This document shows, piece after piece, positions 9,401-20,177 of a DNA stretch of 64,000 nucleotides. A program made the position numbers and the translations under genes. Position 1 is the stretch's first letter, and every line of letters starts with the position of its first letter. Origin of the DNA: Hyphococcus sp. (GTDB lineage Bacteria; Pseudomonadota; Alphaproteobacteria; Caulobacterales; Parvularculaceae); assembly GCF_021604585.1 (NCBI RefSeq), contig NZ_BQJG01000003.1, one strand, 5' to 3'. Below the pieces are notes generated by a model. That model was not told where the DNA came from, made no database searches, and was given only the letters and a program-made list of their open reading frames with translations.

Positions 9401-9873
9401 CGCATTGAATCCAATAGCATTCTCAAGGGCGTCAACTGGCTCAACAAGCCCGCCCAATCAGCGTCAGGAAGCTCGGCTTTGAGCTTGGCGAGGCCGGGCG
9501 CCACCGCATGCACGGCGGCGTCGCGAATGGCGCGGCCCGATGGCGTCACCTTCACACGCTTGATGCGGCGGTCATCCGCATCCGGAATAAATTCGATATA
9601 GGATTTGGCTTCGAGCTTTTTCACGGTGGACGACATGGTTGGCTGCGCCACTTGCATCGCCGAAGCAATCTCACCGATGGTCTGCAGCGCGTCGAGCCGC
9701 AACAGGTGATTGATCACGGCAAACTGGGCAAGGGTGAGGTCGCCGGGCATCACCCGCTCAAATTCGCGGTCCGCCAGATTGGCGATGATCGAAATTTCCG
9801 TAAAGACTTTGAAAATTGCAGGATCGCCGGGAAGGCCGAGCCCCGACGGTGTCGATTTTTTATTCATCAGCAA
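9397..9873 (-). CDS. MarR family transcriptional regulator
   Basis: 158 aa with LTLAQFAVINHL and a winged-HTH DDRRIKRVKVTPSG stretch. Confidence 0.85.
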   Translation of the reverse strand: MLMNKKSTPSGLGLPGDPAIFKVFTEISIIANLADREFERVMPGDLTLAQFAVINHLLRLDALQTIGEIASAMQVAQPTMSSTVKKLEAKSYIEFIPDADDRRIKRVKVTPSGRAIRDAAVHAVAPGLAKLKAELPDADWAGLLSQLTPLRMLLDSMR

Positions 9874-11032
9874 GAATCAACCGGGTTTCAAGCGGCCAGC
9901 GCGGCGCCGGCGGCGGCGTCTTGGCATAGCCGAAGCGGAACAGCCCTTGCAACCGCCCGTCAAGCGGCGCACGCGGCGTGCAAATGCCGGTAAAGTCATG
10001 TATTTCCTCGAATAATTCCGTCATTTCCGGATATTCTTGCAACGCCTGACTGAAAGGTTGCATGGCGAGACCCGTGGATGTCGCCGCCAGTTGCAGGCGC
10101 ACCCAGCCGGCGCCCGCCCGCAATTGATCCGTACGCGAATTGCCTGACGTGGCGAGCCAGCCAAACGCCATCGCGCTGTCGATATTACTGTTGTAAAATT
10201 TGCGCGTCTCCGCATAGGCCGTCGATGAGGGATCATCCATTTTCTCCTGTGTCAAAAGTCCGGCGGCCCCCATGGCCTCCATCACCGGACCTGACAGGGA
10301 GATGCCGTCAGGCGCTGCATTGATCTGAACCTCGCCGATGCGCGTCAGCATGGAAGATTCATGCAAGGCTTCCGGCGTTTCCATCTCCACCGCCCAGGCC
10401 TTGCGGCAAATGTCTTTAAGGGCGGCGAGATTCGTCCCGTCATTCACCCATTCAAATTCGCCGTCGCCGGGCCGCAAAAACTCATCCAGCGCGTTGAGCG
10501 TTTCAGCGCTGACGTCGCGCGTCTGATCAAAAGGGGCGCGCGCTGTGCGGCGTGCGGCAATGGCTGCAAATAAAGGGTCTTTGGCTGTCGCGGCGGCTTC
10601 GACAAACCGCACAGAAGCAACCGGCCTCGCATCGAGGCGCGGCTGCGGCTCTCCTTCTGGAAACGCCGCGATCTCAAGCGCAAATCCTTGCTCCGCAGCA
10701 GCAATCCGCATCAGCTCCACAAAAGCGCCGAGACCAATGCAGATCTGACGGTCGGGCGGATCGGTCACCGGCAGGCGCCGGTCGAGATCGCAAAACAAGG
10801 TCAGCGAATGAGCGTCATCGAGCCGGACCAGCCAGGGCTGGCGGTTATGCGGGTTCGGCGCCAGCACCGCCCAGGAAAGCGCATCAAGACGCGGATCACC
10901 GAAACCCGTTCCCGCCGCTTTCCAGGGCGCCCGCGCCGCCGACAAATCTGAATGCAGCAATTTCGCCACGCCGGCGCCAACCAGCGCGAGCCCTGCGCCG
11001 CCGGTCGCCAATATGACCCGCCGTGAAACCAT
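9860..11032 (-). CDS. Tat-signal nitroreductase-like (Acg family) FMN oxidoreductase
   Basis: N-terminal SRRVILATGGAGLALVGAG Tat-like signal. Overlaps marR by 14 nt, suggesting an operon. Confidence 0.7.
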   Translation of the reverse strand: MVSRRVILATGGAGLALVGAGVAKLLHSDLSAARAPWKAAGTGFGDPRLDALSWAVLAPNPHNRQPWLVRLDDAHSLTLFCDLDRRLPVTDPPDRQICIGLGAFVELMRIAAAEQGFALEIAAFPEGEPQPRLDARPVASVRFVEAAATAKDPLFAAIAARRTARAPFDQTRDVSAETLNALDEFLRPGDGEFEWVNDGTNLAALKDICRKAWAVEMETPEALHESSMLTRIGEVQINAAPDGISLSGPVMEAMGAAGLLTQEKMDDPSSTAYAETRKFYNSNIDSAMAFGWLATSGNSRTDQLRAGAGWVRLQLAATSTGLAMQPFSQALQEYPEMTELFEEIHDFTGICTPRAPLDGRLQGLFRFGYAKTPPPAPRWPLETRLILADE

Positions 11033-11067
11033 AATCGCTCTCCCGGCAGAGCATATAGCCGCCTATT

Positions 11068-11083
11068 ATATAGATGTCTATAT
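11068..11083. promoter_or_regulatory. 16-bp palindrome in the AT-rich acg-marR upstream region (candidate MarR operator)
   Basis: atataga-tg-tctatat, located 36 nt upstream of the acg start codon. Confidence 0.3.
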
Positions 11084-11232
11084 TTTCTTTAAGCAGAAAC
11101 TTATCAAAGCCGCTGCTCTCATCCCAACTAAATGGCGGATTTATACAATCCAGCGGCGCCGGAGAGGCGCAAATAAGTTTCATTGCAGCCTTGCCTTAGC
11201 AAACTCGCAAGCCATCTTTCGGGGGAGAGATG

Positions 11233-11265
11233 AACGCCGCCAGGCTCAAGCCCGGCGGCGTTTTT
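11233..11265. terminator. GC-rich hairpin 17 nt downstream of the GST stop
   Basis: aacgccgcc (11233-11241) pairs with ggcggcgtt (11254-11262). The T-run lies on the + strand side. Confidence 0.5.
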
Positions 11266-11279
11266 CATTTCTATACGGA

Positions 11280-11897
11280 TTAAGGCTTCAACGCCGTTGC
11301 GCGCTTCCACGCCTCTCTTGACGTCAGCCGCTCAAAATAGGCGGCGGTGCGCGGGCCCATCAACTCGCCATTACGCATTAGCTGAGTCAGGAAGAGAATG
11401 TAGCCAATGGAAATATCCGCCAGCGAGAATTCGCCCAGCAAATAATCCCGCCCCTCAAGCCCCGCCTCAAGAAAATCGAGGCAGTTCTTCATCTCGCCCA
11501 CCGCCCAGAGCCGCATGGATTCGATCCGGTGCTCCTTTGGCAGCAGCATCGTATGGCCCAAAAGCTGGCCCACATAGCCGCCCATGCCGGCCTCGCCAAA
11601 CTCCATCCATTGCAGATAATCGCCATAGTCCGTATCCTGAGCATTCCGGGAGAGCTTTCCGTTGGCGTATTTGTTGGCCAGATATTCAATGATCGCAACG
11701 GATTCGATCATCCGTTTGTCGCCATCGAAAAAGACCGGGGTTTTGCCGAGCGGATTGAGAGCGCGGTATTCAGGCTCTTTCAATTTCGCGCGGTCAAACA
11801 CCCGCGTTTCGATGTCCGCATCAATTCCCAACTCATCAAGCGCCCAGACAATGCGCAAGCTGCGGGTCATTGGAAAGTGGATGAGTTTGAGAGTCAT
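11280..11897 (-). CDS. Glutathione S-transferase
   Basis: MTLKLIHFPMTRSLRIVWALDELG is a GST N-terminus. Start trimmed to the internal ATG (cat 11895-11897). Confidence 0.85.
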   Translation of the reverse strand: MTLKLIHFPMTRSLRIVWALDELGIDADIETRVFDRAKLKEPEYRALNPLGKTPVFFDGDKRMIESVAIIEYLANKYANGKLSRNAQDTDYGDYLQWMEFGEAGMGGYVGQLLGHTMLLPKEHRIESMRLWAVGEMKNCLDFLEAGLEGRDYLLGEFSLADISIGYILFLTQLMRNGELMGPRTAAYFERLTSREAWKRATALKP

Positions 11898-12073
11898 ATG
11901 CGGGCCCTGTTTTTCAGTTTCATTTGCAATTAACAGCGCGCCAGCCGATAAACGCAACGCTGTTGCGCAGTCAAACATGCGCAGCTTGCGACATGCCGCC
12001 GCTGCGGCGTTCGCGACCCTTATGCCGGGCCGGTAGCGTACCTAATTTGCAGTAAAACAAAGAGGGGCGGCTC

Positions 12074-13510
12074 ATGGAACTCGACGCGCTTATTCTATCC
12101 CGGTTGCAGTTCGCGTTCGTCATTGCATTTCACATCATGTTTCCGGCTTTCACCATCGGCCTCGCGGCGTTTCTCGCCGTCTGCGAAGGCTTGTGGCTGA
12201 AAACCCGAAACGACGTCTTCCTCAAACTCTATTTGCACTGGGTCAAAATTTTCGCGCTGGCGTTTGCCATGGGCGTCGTCACCGGCGTCGTCATGAGCTA
12301 CCAGTTCGGCTCCAACTGGTCGGTCTTTTCCGACAAGACCGGCAATGTTTTAGGCCCCTTGCTCGGTTATGAGGTGCTGACCGCCTTCTTTCTCGAGGCG
12401 ACGTTTTTGGGCGTCATGCTGTTTGGCTGGAAGCGGGTCGGGAGGAGGCTGCATTTCATCGCGACGCTAGCGGTCGCCATTGGCACCATGATTTCCGCCT
12501 TCTGGATTCTCTCCGCCAATAGCTGGATGCAAACCCCGCAAGGTTTCGCCATCGACGCAGACGGCAGGTTTTATGCGACCGACTGGATGGAGGTGATTTT
12601 CAACCCCTCCTTCCCGTCGCGCTATGTTCACATGATGCTGGCGGCCTACATCACCACCGCCGCTGTCGTGATGGCCGCCGGCGCGGCGCAGGTGTTGCGC
12701 GGCCGGATCAGTGAGCCAACTCGCTGGCAAATGCGCATGGCGGCGGGAACGCTTGCCGTCCTCATGCCCCTGCAAATCTGGGCCGGGCATTGGTCTGGTG
12801 AGGTCGCCCATCACTATCAGCCAGCGAAAGTCGCCGCCATGGAAGGCTGGTGGGAGACCAGAGAGGGGCAACCGACAATTCTGTTTGCGCTTCCCGATCA
12901 GGAGAACAAACGCAATATCGCCGAGATCGGCATTCCAGGATTGGGCGATGTGGTGGTCGGCGGCGAAAAACCGTTGAAAGGCCTCGACGCCTTTCCCGAC
13001 AGCGAGCATCCGCCGGTCTTTATTGTTTTCTGGGCGTTCCGGATCATGGTCGGCGCCGGGCTCGGCCTCCTCGCCATCGGCCTGTGGGGGCTTTATTTGT
13101 GGCGCGCGAAAAAACTGACCAAGCCGGGGTTGTTTCACTGGGTCGCCATTCCCGGCGGCGCGCTCGGTTTCATCGCGGTCATCTCCGGCTGGGTCGTCGC
13201 CGAAGTCGGCCGCCAGCCTTACACCGTATATGGAGCGCTTCGCACAGCCGACAGCGTTTCGCCGGTTCCCGCCGGGCAGGTCGCGTTTTCGCTGCTGGTG
13301 TTTATGAGCGTCTATGCGATCATCTTCACCGCTGGCGTCGTTTACATGTCGCGGATCGCAACGCGCGGGTTTGACGATCAGCCTGCATCGCCGCCCGAGG
13401 ACGAAAAACGCGCGCCGGGCTCCGCGCTGGGCGCCGTCCACGAAATGGCGGAAACGCCGGAAGACCGTCAGAAAGGCGGCGATTCCGGTCCTTCGCCGGA
13501 AACCGCATAA
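12074..13510 (+). CDS. cydA: Cytochrome bd-type ubiquinol oxidase subunit I (short Q-loop, CioA-like)
   Basis: 478 aa with LSRLQFAFVIAFHIMFPAFTIGLA and a GWWETREGQP-type motif. Confidence 0.92.
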   Translation: MELDALILSRLQFAFVIAFHIMFPAFTIGLAAFLAVCEGLWLKTRNDVFLKLYLHWVKIFALAFAMGVVTGVVMSYQFGSNWSVFSDKTGNVLGPLLGYEVLTAFFLEATFLGVMLFGWKRVGRRLHFIATLAVAIGTMISAFWILSANSWMQTPQGFAIDADGRFYATDWMEVIFNPSFPSRYVHMMLAAYITTAAVVMAAGAAQVLRGRISEPTRWQMRMAAGTLAVLMPLQIWAGHWSGEVAHHYQPAKVAAMEGWWETREGQPTILFALPDQENKRNIAEIGIPGLGDVVVGGEKPLKGLDAFPDSEHPPVFIVFWAFRIMVGAGLGLLAIGLWGLYLWRAKKLTKPGLFHWVAIPGGALGFIAVISGWVVAEVGRQPYTVYGALRTADSVSPVPAGQVAFSLLVFMSVYAIIFTAGVVYMSRIATRGFDDQPASPPEDEKRAPGSALGAVHEMAETPEDRQKGGDSGPSPETA

Positions 13511-13522
13511 GGGAGGAATAAC

Positions 13523-14560
13523 ATGGACTTACCTCTGATTTGGGCGGTTTTGATCGCGGCCGCGGTGATGCTGTATGTGTTGCTCGACGGCTTCGATCTC
13601 GGCATCGGCATTCTGACCGGGTTCGCCGACGACGAAGACGAGCGCTCGATGATGACCGCCTCGATCGAGCCTGTATGGGACGGCAACGAAACCTGGCTGG
13701 TCCTCGGCGGCGGCGGTTTGTTCGCGGCCTTTCCGCTCGCCTATTCAATTTTGATTCCGGCTTTTTATCTTCCCGTCCTGATCATGCTCGCCGCGCTCAT
13801 CTTTCGCGGCGTTGCGTTTGAATTTCGCCACAAGGCGGTTCGTCAGCCTACGAAGCGTTTCTGGAATGGGGCCTTCTTTGGCGGCTCGCTCATTGCCGCC
13901 CTGTCGCAAGGCATTATCCTCGGCGCCTTCGTGCAAGGGGTGGAGGTTGACGGACGCGCCTATGCAGGCGGCGGGTTTGACTGGCTGACGCCGTTCTCCC
14001 TGCTCACCGGTTTTGCGGTGGTGATCGGCTATGTGCTGCTCGGGTCTTGCTGGTTGATCTTGAAAACCGAAGGACCGCTACACGATGGCGCGCAGAAATG
14101 GGCGCGTCGATCGCTGATCGGCGTGGCGCTGGCCATGGCCGCTGTCAGCCTGGCGACGCTTTCCATTGACCCGCGCGTCACTGCGCGCTGGGGCGTTTCC
14201 ATGGCGCATATCGATTTTTCAAAGTTCGCCGCTGTCGCGCCAATCCCGCTGATTGGCGGGGTTCTGATCGCGGCCCTGTGGCGCGACTTGAATTTGAAAG
14301 CCTCTCCTGCGCCCGATTGGCGGCCCATCTTGCTGGCCGCCGGGGTTTTCCTCACGGGCTATCTTGGTCTCGCCGTATCGCTTTTTCCCTACAATGTGCC
14401 CTTCGCAAAAACCCTTTGGGAGACGGCGGCGCACGACAATGCGCTGGGGTTTTTGCTGGTTGGCGGCGGTGTAATGCTCCCCGTCATCCTCGGCTACACG
14501 GTCTATGTGTATCACCTCTTCTGGGGCAAGGTGAAAGCGGGCGAGGGATATCATGGCTGA
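13523..14560 (+). CDS. cydB: Cytochrome bd-type ubiquinol oxidase subunit II
   Basis: 345 aa with LDGFDLGIGIL and WDGNETWLVLGGG. Confidence 0.92.
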   Translation: MDLPLIWAVLIAAAVMLYVLLDGFDLGIGILTGFADDEDERSMMTASIEPVWDGNETWLVLGGGGLFAAFPLAYSILIPAFYLPVLIMLAALIFRGVAFEFRHKAVRQPTKRFWNGAFFGGSLIAALSQGIILGAFVQGVEVDGRAYAGGGFDWLTPFSLLTGFAVVIGYVLLGSCWLILKTEGPLHDGAQKWARRSLIGVALAMAAVSLATLSIDPRVTARWGVSMAHIDFSKFAAVAPIPLIGGVLIAALWRDLNLKASPAPDWRPILLAAGVFLTGYLGLAVSLFPYNVPFAKTLWETAAHDNALGFLLVGGGVMLPVILGYTVYVYHLFWGKVKAGEGYHG

Positions 14561-14711
14561 GCGGTTTGAACCAGTTGCTCCGCCCACGGACCATGAAAAA
14601 CCGGGCCCGCTCGGCGTCCGGTTGTTCTGGTTCGCGCTATTCGCTCTCGGCGGACTACTTGCCGTCGCTGCCGCCGCTTATTTTCTCCGCGCATTGTTGC
14701 TGATCGGCTAG
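14553..14711 (+). CDS. 52-aa single-TM protein overlapping the cydB stop (CydX/DUF2474-like oxidase accessory peptide)
   Basis: Not in the ORF track because it is under 60 aa. Hand translation gives MAERFEPVAPPTDHEKPGPLGVRLFWFALFALGGLLAVAAAAYFLRALLLIG, with TAG at 14709-14711. The ATG at 14553 overlaps the cydB stop in ATGGCTGA. Confidence 0.6.
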   Translation: MAERFEPVAPPTDHEKPGPLGVRLFWFALFALGGLLAVAAAAYFLRALLLIG

Positions 14712-14808
14712 TCTTGCGATGAAGCGAGCCAACGCAGCGTCAAACCGTTCAGCGCTGGCCGCGTAACGCGGTTACCATGACGCCTGCAGGCAAAAAGGGG
14801 CGATCGCA

Positions 14809-15300
14809 ATGGCCAGGCTTAAAATCAACGGCAAGGCTTTCACCTTTAACGGCGACGAGACCATGCCGCTCTTGTGGTATCTGCGCGATTTCGCCGGCTT
14901 CAAAGGCGCCAAATTCGGCTGCGGCGCCGCGCTTTGCGGGGCCTGCACGGTGCATGTGAATGGCGCGGCGGTGCGCTCTTGCGTCATGCCGGTTGGCTCG
15001 CTCGACGGCGCCGAGATCACCACCATTGAAGGGCTGAGCGACGGCGAAACCCTTCATCCGGTGCAGCAGGCGTGGATCGATGAAGACGTCGCCCAATGCG
15101 GCTATTGCCAGGCCGGTCAGATCATGGCGGTGGTTGAACTCCTGTCGCGCATGCCGAACCCAAGCGACGAAGATATTGACGCCAACCTCACCAATATCTG
15201 CCGCTGCGGCACCTATTACCGGTTGCGAAAGGCGGTGCATCGCGCAGCAGCGGCCATGCGCGAGAATGGCGCCGCTCGTCAGACCGGAGGCGCAGCATGA
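14809..15300 (+). CDS. (2Fe-2S)-binding small subunit of a molybdenum hydroxylase (IorA/aldehyde oxidoreductase type)
   Basis: [16 protein letters not shown] and [10 protein letters not shown] cluster motifs. Confidence 0.9.
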   Translation: MARLKINGKAFTFNGDETMPLLWYLRDFAGFKGAKFGCGAALCGACTVHVNGAAVRSCVMPVGSLDGAEITTIEGLSDGETLHPVQQAWIDEDVAQCGYCQAGQIMAVVELLSRMPNPSDEDIDANLTNICRCGTYYRLRKAVHRAAAAMRENGAARQTGGAA

Positions 15301-17567
15301 ACGCACCCTTCAGCACAACCCGCAGAGACCTTTTCCGTTACGGCGCCGCCGCTGGCGCGCTCATCGTCGCCGCGCCGCTCGCCGCCTGTTCGAGGCCACG
15401 CGACGAAGCCGCCGCGGAACCCGCCGGGCCTTTTGCCGGAACCACCGGGCCCTTCATCATCATCCGTCCCGACAATTCCGTGACCATCGCCTTCCCCAAC
15501 CCCGAAATGGGTCAGGGCGTCGACACATCCTTGCCAATGCTGGTCGCCGAAGAACTCGATGTGGATTTTGACAAGGTCGATACAGTGCAGATGCCGCTGG
15601 AGCTCGCGGCCAATCCCGAAGGCGGCTTTCAATGGAAATATATCGGCCAGGGCTCAGGCGGCTCGACATCCGTCTCCGAAACCTTTGAGCCCTTGCGCCA
15701 GGCCGGCGCGCTCGCGCGCCATCTCCTTGTCGCCACCGCCGCTGCGCGCTGGAACGTTCCCGCCAGCGAACTTTCGACCGCCAAGGGCGTCGTCACTCAC
15801 GCCGCATCGGGTCAAAGCGCGACTTATGGCGAACTGGCCGAAGCCGCCGCCGACATCGCCCCGCCGGAAACCCCGCCGCCGTTGAAAGACGCAAAGGATT
15901 TCACTCTTATCGGCGCGCCGCAAAAGATGAAAAACGCCCGCGCCATCGTCACCGGCAAGGCGGTCTACGGCATCGATGCGGAACTGCCGAACATGCTGCA
16001 CGCCGTGATGGCGCGCTGCCCCTATTTCGACGGCACAGCGCGGTCAGTGGACGACAGCGCGGCCCGCGCAATCCCCGGCGTCGTCGATGTCATCAAAGTG
16101 CGGCGCCCGCCGCTGGACGGGCCTTACGACGTACAGGCTGAAGGTTACGCCGTGGTGGCCGAAAATCTCTGGGCGGCGATGAAAGGCCGAGACGCGCTCA
16201 ATATCGACTGGGACCATGGTCCGTATGCCGATGAAAGCTCGGAAAGCTTCCGCGCCCATTGCGCCGAGTTGCTAACCGGAACCGGTCAGATCGTGCGCGA
16301 GGACGGCGATCTCGACGCAGCGATCGCAACCGCCGACACGGTGATTGAGGCGACTTACTGGGAGCCCTATGTCAGTCACGCGCCGCTCGAGCCGCAAAAC
16401 TGCCTCGCCGATGTGCGCGAGGACGGCGTCGATATATACGCCCCGACACAAATGCCGAGCGGCGCCAATCGCATGGTGGCCGGCGTTCTGGGCCGCGAAG
16501 ACCGGCTCAATATCAAGGTCCAGCCGACAAGGCTTGGCGGCGGTTTCGGGCGGCGGTTGAGCAATGATTATGTCGGCGAGGCGGCGCTGATCAGCCAGGC
16601 GGCCGGGCGTCCCGTAAAGCTCGTCTGGACCCGCGATGATGACCTGCAGCACGATTTCTACCGCCCATCGGGCATGCATCATTTAAAGGCCGCCTTTGAC
16701 GCTGACGGCAATCTCACTGGCTGGACTCATCGGCTTGCCAGCGCGTCAAAATATTACCGCCGCCCCAATCTTCCGGAAACGGATTATTGGCAGGCCGAGC
16801 TCTATCCGGACGACTTCCCGTCGCGGCTGGTCGACAATTACCGGGTGGAATATTTCTCAGCGAAATCCGGCGCCCCACGCGGTTCCTGGCGTGCGCCGGC
16901 GCACACGGCAAATGCGTTTGTGGTGCAGAGTTTTCTCGACGAGATCGCACATCAACGCGGCGAAGATCCGCTGGCTTTGCGCCTGCGTCTTCTCGGCGAA
17001 CCGCAAGAGCTGACCTACGACCAGCATGGCGGACCGGTGTTCAATCCCGGCCGACTCGCTGGCGTATTGCGCCTCGCCGCGGAAAAGGGCGGCTACGGAG
17101 AAACATTGCCGTCAGGCGACGGCATTCGCCGCGGCCGCGGCATCGCCGGCCACTTTACGTTTGGCGGCTACTGCGCGCAGGTTGTCGATGTCGCTGTGGA
17201 CGATCAGGGAGGGTTGCGTGTTGAACGCGTTGTCGGCGCCATCGATATCGGCACGGTGGTCAACCCCAACGGCGTCGCCGCGCAAATGGAGTCCGGCATC
17301 AATGACGGGCTTTCGACGGCGCTGCGCCTTGCGATCAATGTCGAGGGCGGGCGCGTTGTGAACGCCAATTTCGATACTTACCAGCTGATGAAAATCACCG
17401 ACGCCCCGCCAGTGGTCGAGACGCATATCATCGACAATGGCGAGCCGCCCGCCGGGATGGGCGAAATGAGCCTGCCGCCGCTGGCGCCGACGCTCGCCAA
17501 TGCGATTTTCAACGCCACCGGCCAGCGCATTCGCGACCTGCCAATTGCCGGTCAATTGCGCATCTGA
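15297..17567 (+). CDS. Molybdopterin-binding large subunit (IorB / xanthine dehydrogenase family), Tat signal
   Basis: 756 aa with [20 protein letters not shown] and a 4-nt overlap on the small subunit. Confidence 0.9.
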   Translation: MNAPFSTTRRDLFRYGAAAGALIVAAPLAACSRPRDEAAAEPAGPFAGTTGPFIIIRPDNSVTIAFPNPEMGQGVDTSLPMLVAEELDVDFDKVDTVQMPLELAANPEGGFQWKYIGQGSGGSTSVSETFEPLRQAGALARHLLVATAAARWNVPASELSTAKGVVTHAASGQSATYGELAEAAADIAPPETPPPLKDAKDFTLIGAPQKMKNARAIVTGKAVYGIDAELPNMLHAVMARCPYFDGTARSVDDSAARAIPGVVDVIKVRRPPLDGPYDVQAEGYAVVAENLWAAMKGRDALNIDWDHGPYADESSESFRAHCAELLTGTGQIVREDGDLDAAIATADTVIEATYWEPYVSHAPLEPQNCLADVREDGVDIYAPTQMPSGANRMVAGVLGREDRLNIKVQPTRLGGGFGRRLSNDYVGEAALISQAAGRPVKLVWTRDDDLQHDFYRPSGMHHLKAAFDADGNLTGWTHRLASASKYYRRPNLPETDYWQAELYPDDFPSRLVDNYRVEYFSAKSGAPRGSWRAPAHTANAFVVQSFLDEIAHQRGEDPLALRLRLLGEPQELTYDQHGGPVFNPGRLAGVLRLAAEKGGYGETLPSGDGIRRGRGIAGHFTFGGYCAQVVDVAVDDQGGLRVERVVGAIDIGTVVNPNGVAAQMESGINDGLSTALRLAINVEGGRVVNANFDTYQLMKITDAPPVVETHIIDNGEPPAGMGEMSLPPLAPTLANAIFNATGQRIRDLPIAGQLRI

Positions 17568-17657
17568 TGGTTCTTTTTGTGCGATCGCCGATACTCCTTG
17601 CTTTCAAACAAAACGCACACCTTTAGAATACGCCCCGCAACATTTGGGGAGAGTGCG

Positions 17658-18653
17658 ATGTCAAAACCGTTGATTGCGTGGGACAGCGCCGGTGCGCCGA
17701 CGATTGTCCGCGCAGAAATGAATGCGTTGCGTCAAAGTCTCGATGCGGCGATCCCGCCAAAACGCGACGTCAACCGGAATCTGTTGGTTGGCACCTGGAA
17801 TATCAAGTCATTTTCCTCGCTATCAGAAAAATGGCTCGCTGAGGACAATGACAGCCCTAAACGCGATTGGCGTGCGCTGTGGGCGATCACAGAGATCATT
17901 TCCCGCTTCGACGTCATCGCCGTTCAGGAAATCATGGGCGACCTTCTCGCCCTGCGCACGATGATCAAGACCCTTGGGAAGGACTGGGCGTTCCTCATCA
18001 CCGACGTGTCGCGCGGCGACGCCGGCCATAATGAACGCATGGGATTCATCTTTGATAAGCGACGCGTCGAGCTTTCGGGCCTCGCAGGCGAGCTTGTCAT
18101 TCCTCATGACTGGGAGACTGTCATTCCCTCGGGCGCTCTGCAACGCCAATTCGCGCGCACGCCCTATGCGGTCAGCTTCCGCGCGGGCAAGGAAACCTTT
18201 ATCCTCGTCACGCTGCATATCGAATATGGTGGAAGCAGCGCAGGGCGCATTCCGGAGCTGACGGGCATCGCGGAGTGGATGAACGACTGGGCTCGTCAGA
18301 CCAATTCCTACGGACAGAACTTCATGGTCCTGGGCGATTTCAATATCGACCGCTACGATGACGATTTGTGGAATGCGTTCACCTCAACCGGCCTCACGGT
18401 TCCGCAACAACTAAACGCCGTGCGCCGGTCGATTTTCGCCGACGCCAACGATCCTATGCGTGAGAAATTTTACGACCAAATCGCCTGGTTCACTTCCGGC
18501 GGCCGCCGCCAGCTCAACATGGAATTTCTTGGCGGCGGCGGATTTGATTTCGTGCCGCTGCTCTACACCGATCTCAACATGCCCCGAAGCTCGATGCAGT
18601 ACAGAATGTCAGACCACTATCCGCTCTGGACGGAGTTCCGCTGTCAGGACTGA
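17658..18653 (+). CDS. Endonuclease/exonuclease/phosphatase (DNase-I-like, EEP) family protein, no signal peptide
   Basis: LLVGTWNIKSF, DVIAVQEI, LGDFN and SDHYPLW match EEP catalytic motifs. Start set at MSKPLIAW, preceded by ggggagag. By eye its GC is lower than that of its neighbours. Confidence 0.8.
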   Translation: MSKPLIAWDSAGAPTIVRAEMNALRQSLDAAIPPKRDVNRNLLVGTWNIKSFSSLSEKWLAEDNDSPKRDWRALWAITEIISRFDVIAVQEIMGDLLALRTMIKTLGKDWAFLITDVSRGDAGHNERMGFIFDKRRVELSGLAGELVIPHDWETVIPSGALQRQFARTPYAVSFRAGKETFILVTLHIEYGGSSAGRIPELTGIAEWMNDWARQTNSYGQNFMVLGDFNIDRYDDDLWNAFTSTGLTVPQQLNAVRRSIFADANDPMREKFYDQIAWFTSGGRRQLNMEFLGGGGFDFVPLLYTDLNMPRSSMQYRMSDHYPLWTEFRCQD

Positions 18654-18664
18654 CGCCGCAACCT

Positions 18665-19948
18665 TTACGTATTCATCGAGTCGAAGAAATCGCGGTTCGA
18701 CTTGGTTTGCTTGAGCTTATCGATAAGGAATTCAATCGCATCCGACGTGCCCATCGGCGCCAGAATCCGGCGCAGGACGAAGATTTTCTGCATGTCGCCT
18801 TTCGGCGTGATGAGGTCTTCTTTCCGGGTGCCTGACTTGGCGATGTCGATGGCCGGATAGGTGCGCTTGTCGGCGACTTTACGGTCGAGAATAAGCTCGG
18901 AGTTACCTGTGCCTTTGAATTCTTCAAAGATGACTTCGTCCATTTTCGAGCCGGTCTCGATCAGCGCGGTGGCGATAATCGTCAGCGAGCCGCCTTCTTC
19001 GATATTGCGCGCCGCGCCGAAGAAACGCTTCGGGCGCTGCAGCGCATTGGCGTCGACGCCGCCGGTCAACACTTTGCCCGAGGACGGAACGACAGTGTTG
19101 TAGGCGCGGCCGAGACGCGTGATCGAGTCCAGCAAAATCACCACATCGCGGCCATGCTCAACCAGGCGCTTGGCTTTTTCGATGACCATTTCCGCAACCG
19201 CCACGTGCCGGGTCGCCGGCTCGTCAAAGGTTGAGGAGACAACCTCGCCCTTCACCGAGCGCTGCATGTCGGTCACTTCTTCCGGGCGTTCATCAATCAG
19301 CAAGACGATCAGATAGGCTTCCGGGTGATTGGTGGCGATGGCGTGGGCGATGTTCTGCAGGATGACCGTTTTACCGGTGCGCGGCGGCGCGGTGATCAGC
19401 CCGCGCTGACCTTTGCCGAGCGGCGCCACAAGATCGATGACGCGCGCGGTCAGATCTTTGGTCTTCTCGCCTTCGACTTCCATCTTCAGACGCTCTTCAG
19501 GGTAAAGCGGCGTAAGGTTGTCGAAGTGAACCTTGTGGCGGGTCTTTTCCGGATCTTCAAAATTGATCGTGTGGACCTTGAGCAGCGCAAAATAGCGCTC
19601 GCCGTCTTTCGGGCTGCGGATTTCGCCCTTCACCGTGTCGCCCGTGCGCAAGGCGAAGCGGCGAATCTGGTTTGGCGAAACATAGATGTCGTCGGGCCCT
19701 GCGAGATAGTTCGCATCGGGCGAGCGCAGAAAGCCGAAGCCGTCCGACAAAACTTCAAGAACGCCGCCGCCATGGATTTCAACTTCGAGATCGGCAAGCT
19801 CTTTCAGGATCGAAAACAGCATGTCCTGCTTGCGCATGGTCGAAGCGTTTTCGACCTCCAGCTCTTCGGCGAAAGCGAGAAGTTCGGCGGGGGTTTTTTC
19901 TTTGAGCTCATCGAGCGTCATGGTTTTAGGCAGCATGGGTAGCCTCAA
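18665..19948 (-). CDS. rho: Transcription termination factor Rho
   Basis: 427 aa with [22 protein letters not shown] and the RNA-binding stretch GFGFLR. The true start may be M5 or M10 of the ORF. Confidence 0.95.
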   Translation of the reverse strand: MRLPMLPKTMTLDELKEKTPAELLAFAEELEVENASTMRKQDMLFSILKELADLEVEIHGGGVLEVLSDGFGFLRSPDANYLAGPDDIYVSPNQIRRFALRTGDTVKGEIRSPKDGERYFALLKVHTINFEDPEKTRHKVHFDNLTPLYPEERLKMEVEGEKTKDLTARVIDLVAPLGKGQRGLITAPPRTGKTVILQNIAHAIATNHPEAYLIVLLIDERPEEVTDMQRSVKGEVVSSTFDEPATRHVAVAEMVIEKAKRLVEHGRDVVILLDSITRLGRAYNTVVPSSGKVLTGGVDANALQRPKRFFGAARNIEEGGSLTIIATALIETGSKMDEVIFEEFKGTGNSELILDRKVADKRTYPAIDIAKSGTRKEDLITPKGDMQKIFVLRRILAPMGTSDAIEFLIDKLKQTKSNRDFFDSMNT

Positions 19949-20177
19949 TCAGGGAAATGGCCTCGCGGACGGACGCCGCGGAGGAGGGGAAGGTCAACGA
20001 TGGAATTACGGGGCGCTGGGCGGCCAAGGCCGGGCGGCGCTCAAAAGGAAAGTTGGGCTAGATATAATCCCGCCTGGCGGTTCGTCAATGCCGCTCAAAC
20101 CGCGCAGCCCGGCATTTAGCCCCTCTTTACCGGTTTGCGGTCTAATCGCGGGCGCAAAACCCCCGGGAGCATGATCC

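Noticed and set aside
11100-11265. Orphan plus-strand intrinsic terminator suggesting an sRNA or a 17-aa leader ORF (MNAARLKPGGVFHFYTD) in the AT-rich acg/GST spacer
   Set aside because: The hairpin sits 17 nt after the minus-strand GST stop, so the simplest explanation is that it is the GST terminator. No convincing plus-strand promoter was found, and the mini-ORF has essentially no SD spacing.
12467-13441. 324-aa minus-strand ORF, with similar long antisense ORFs at 30146-31060, 51561-52541, 52772-53509 and 8675-9457
   Set aside because: Each lies opposite a confidently identified gene (cydA, ampG, M24 peptidase, ubiH-like, VOC/DUF4199). All have shadow-frame composition.
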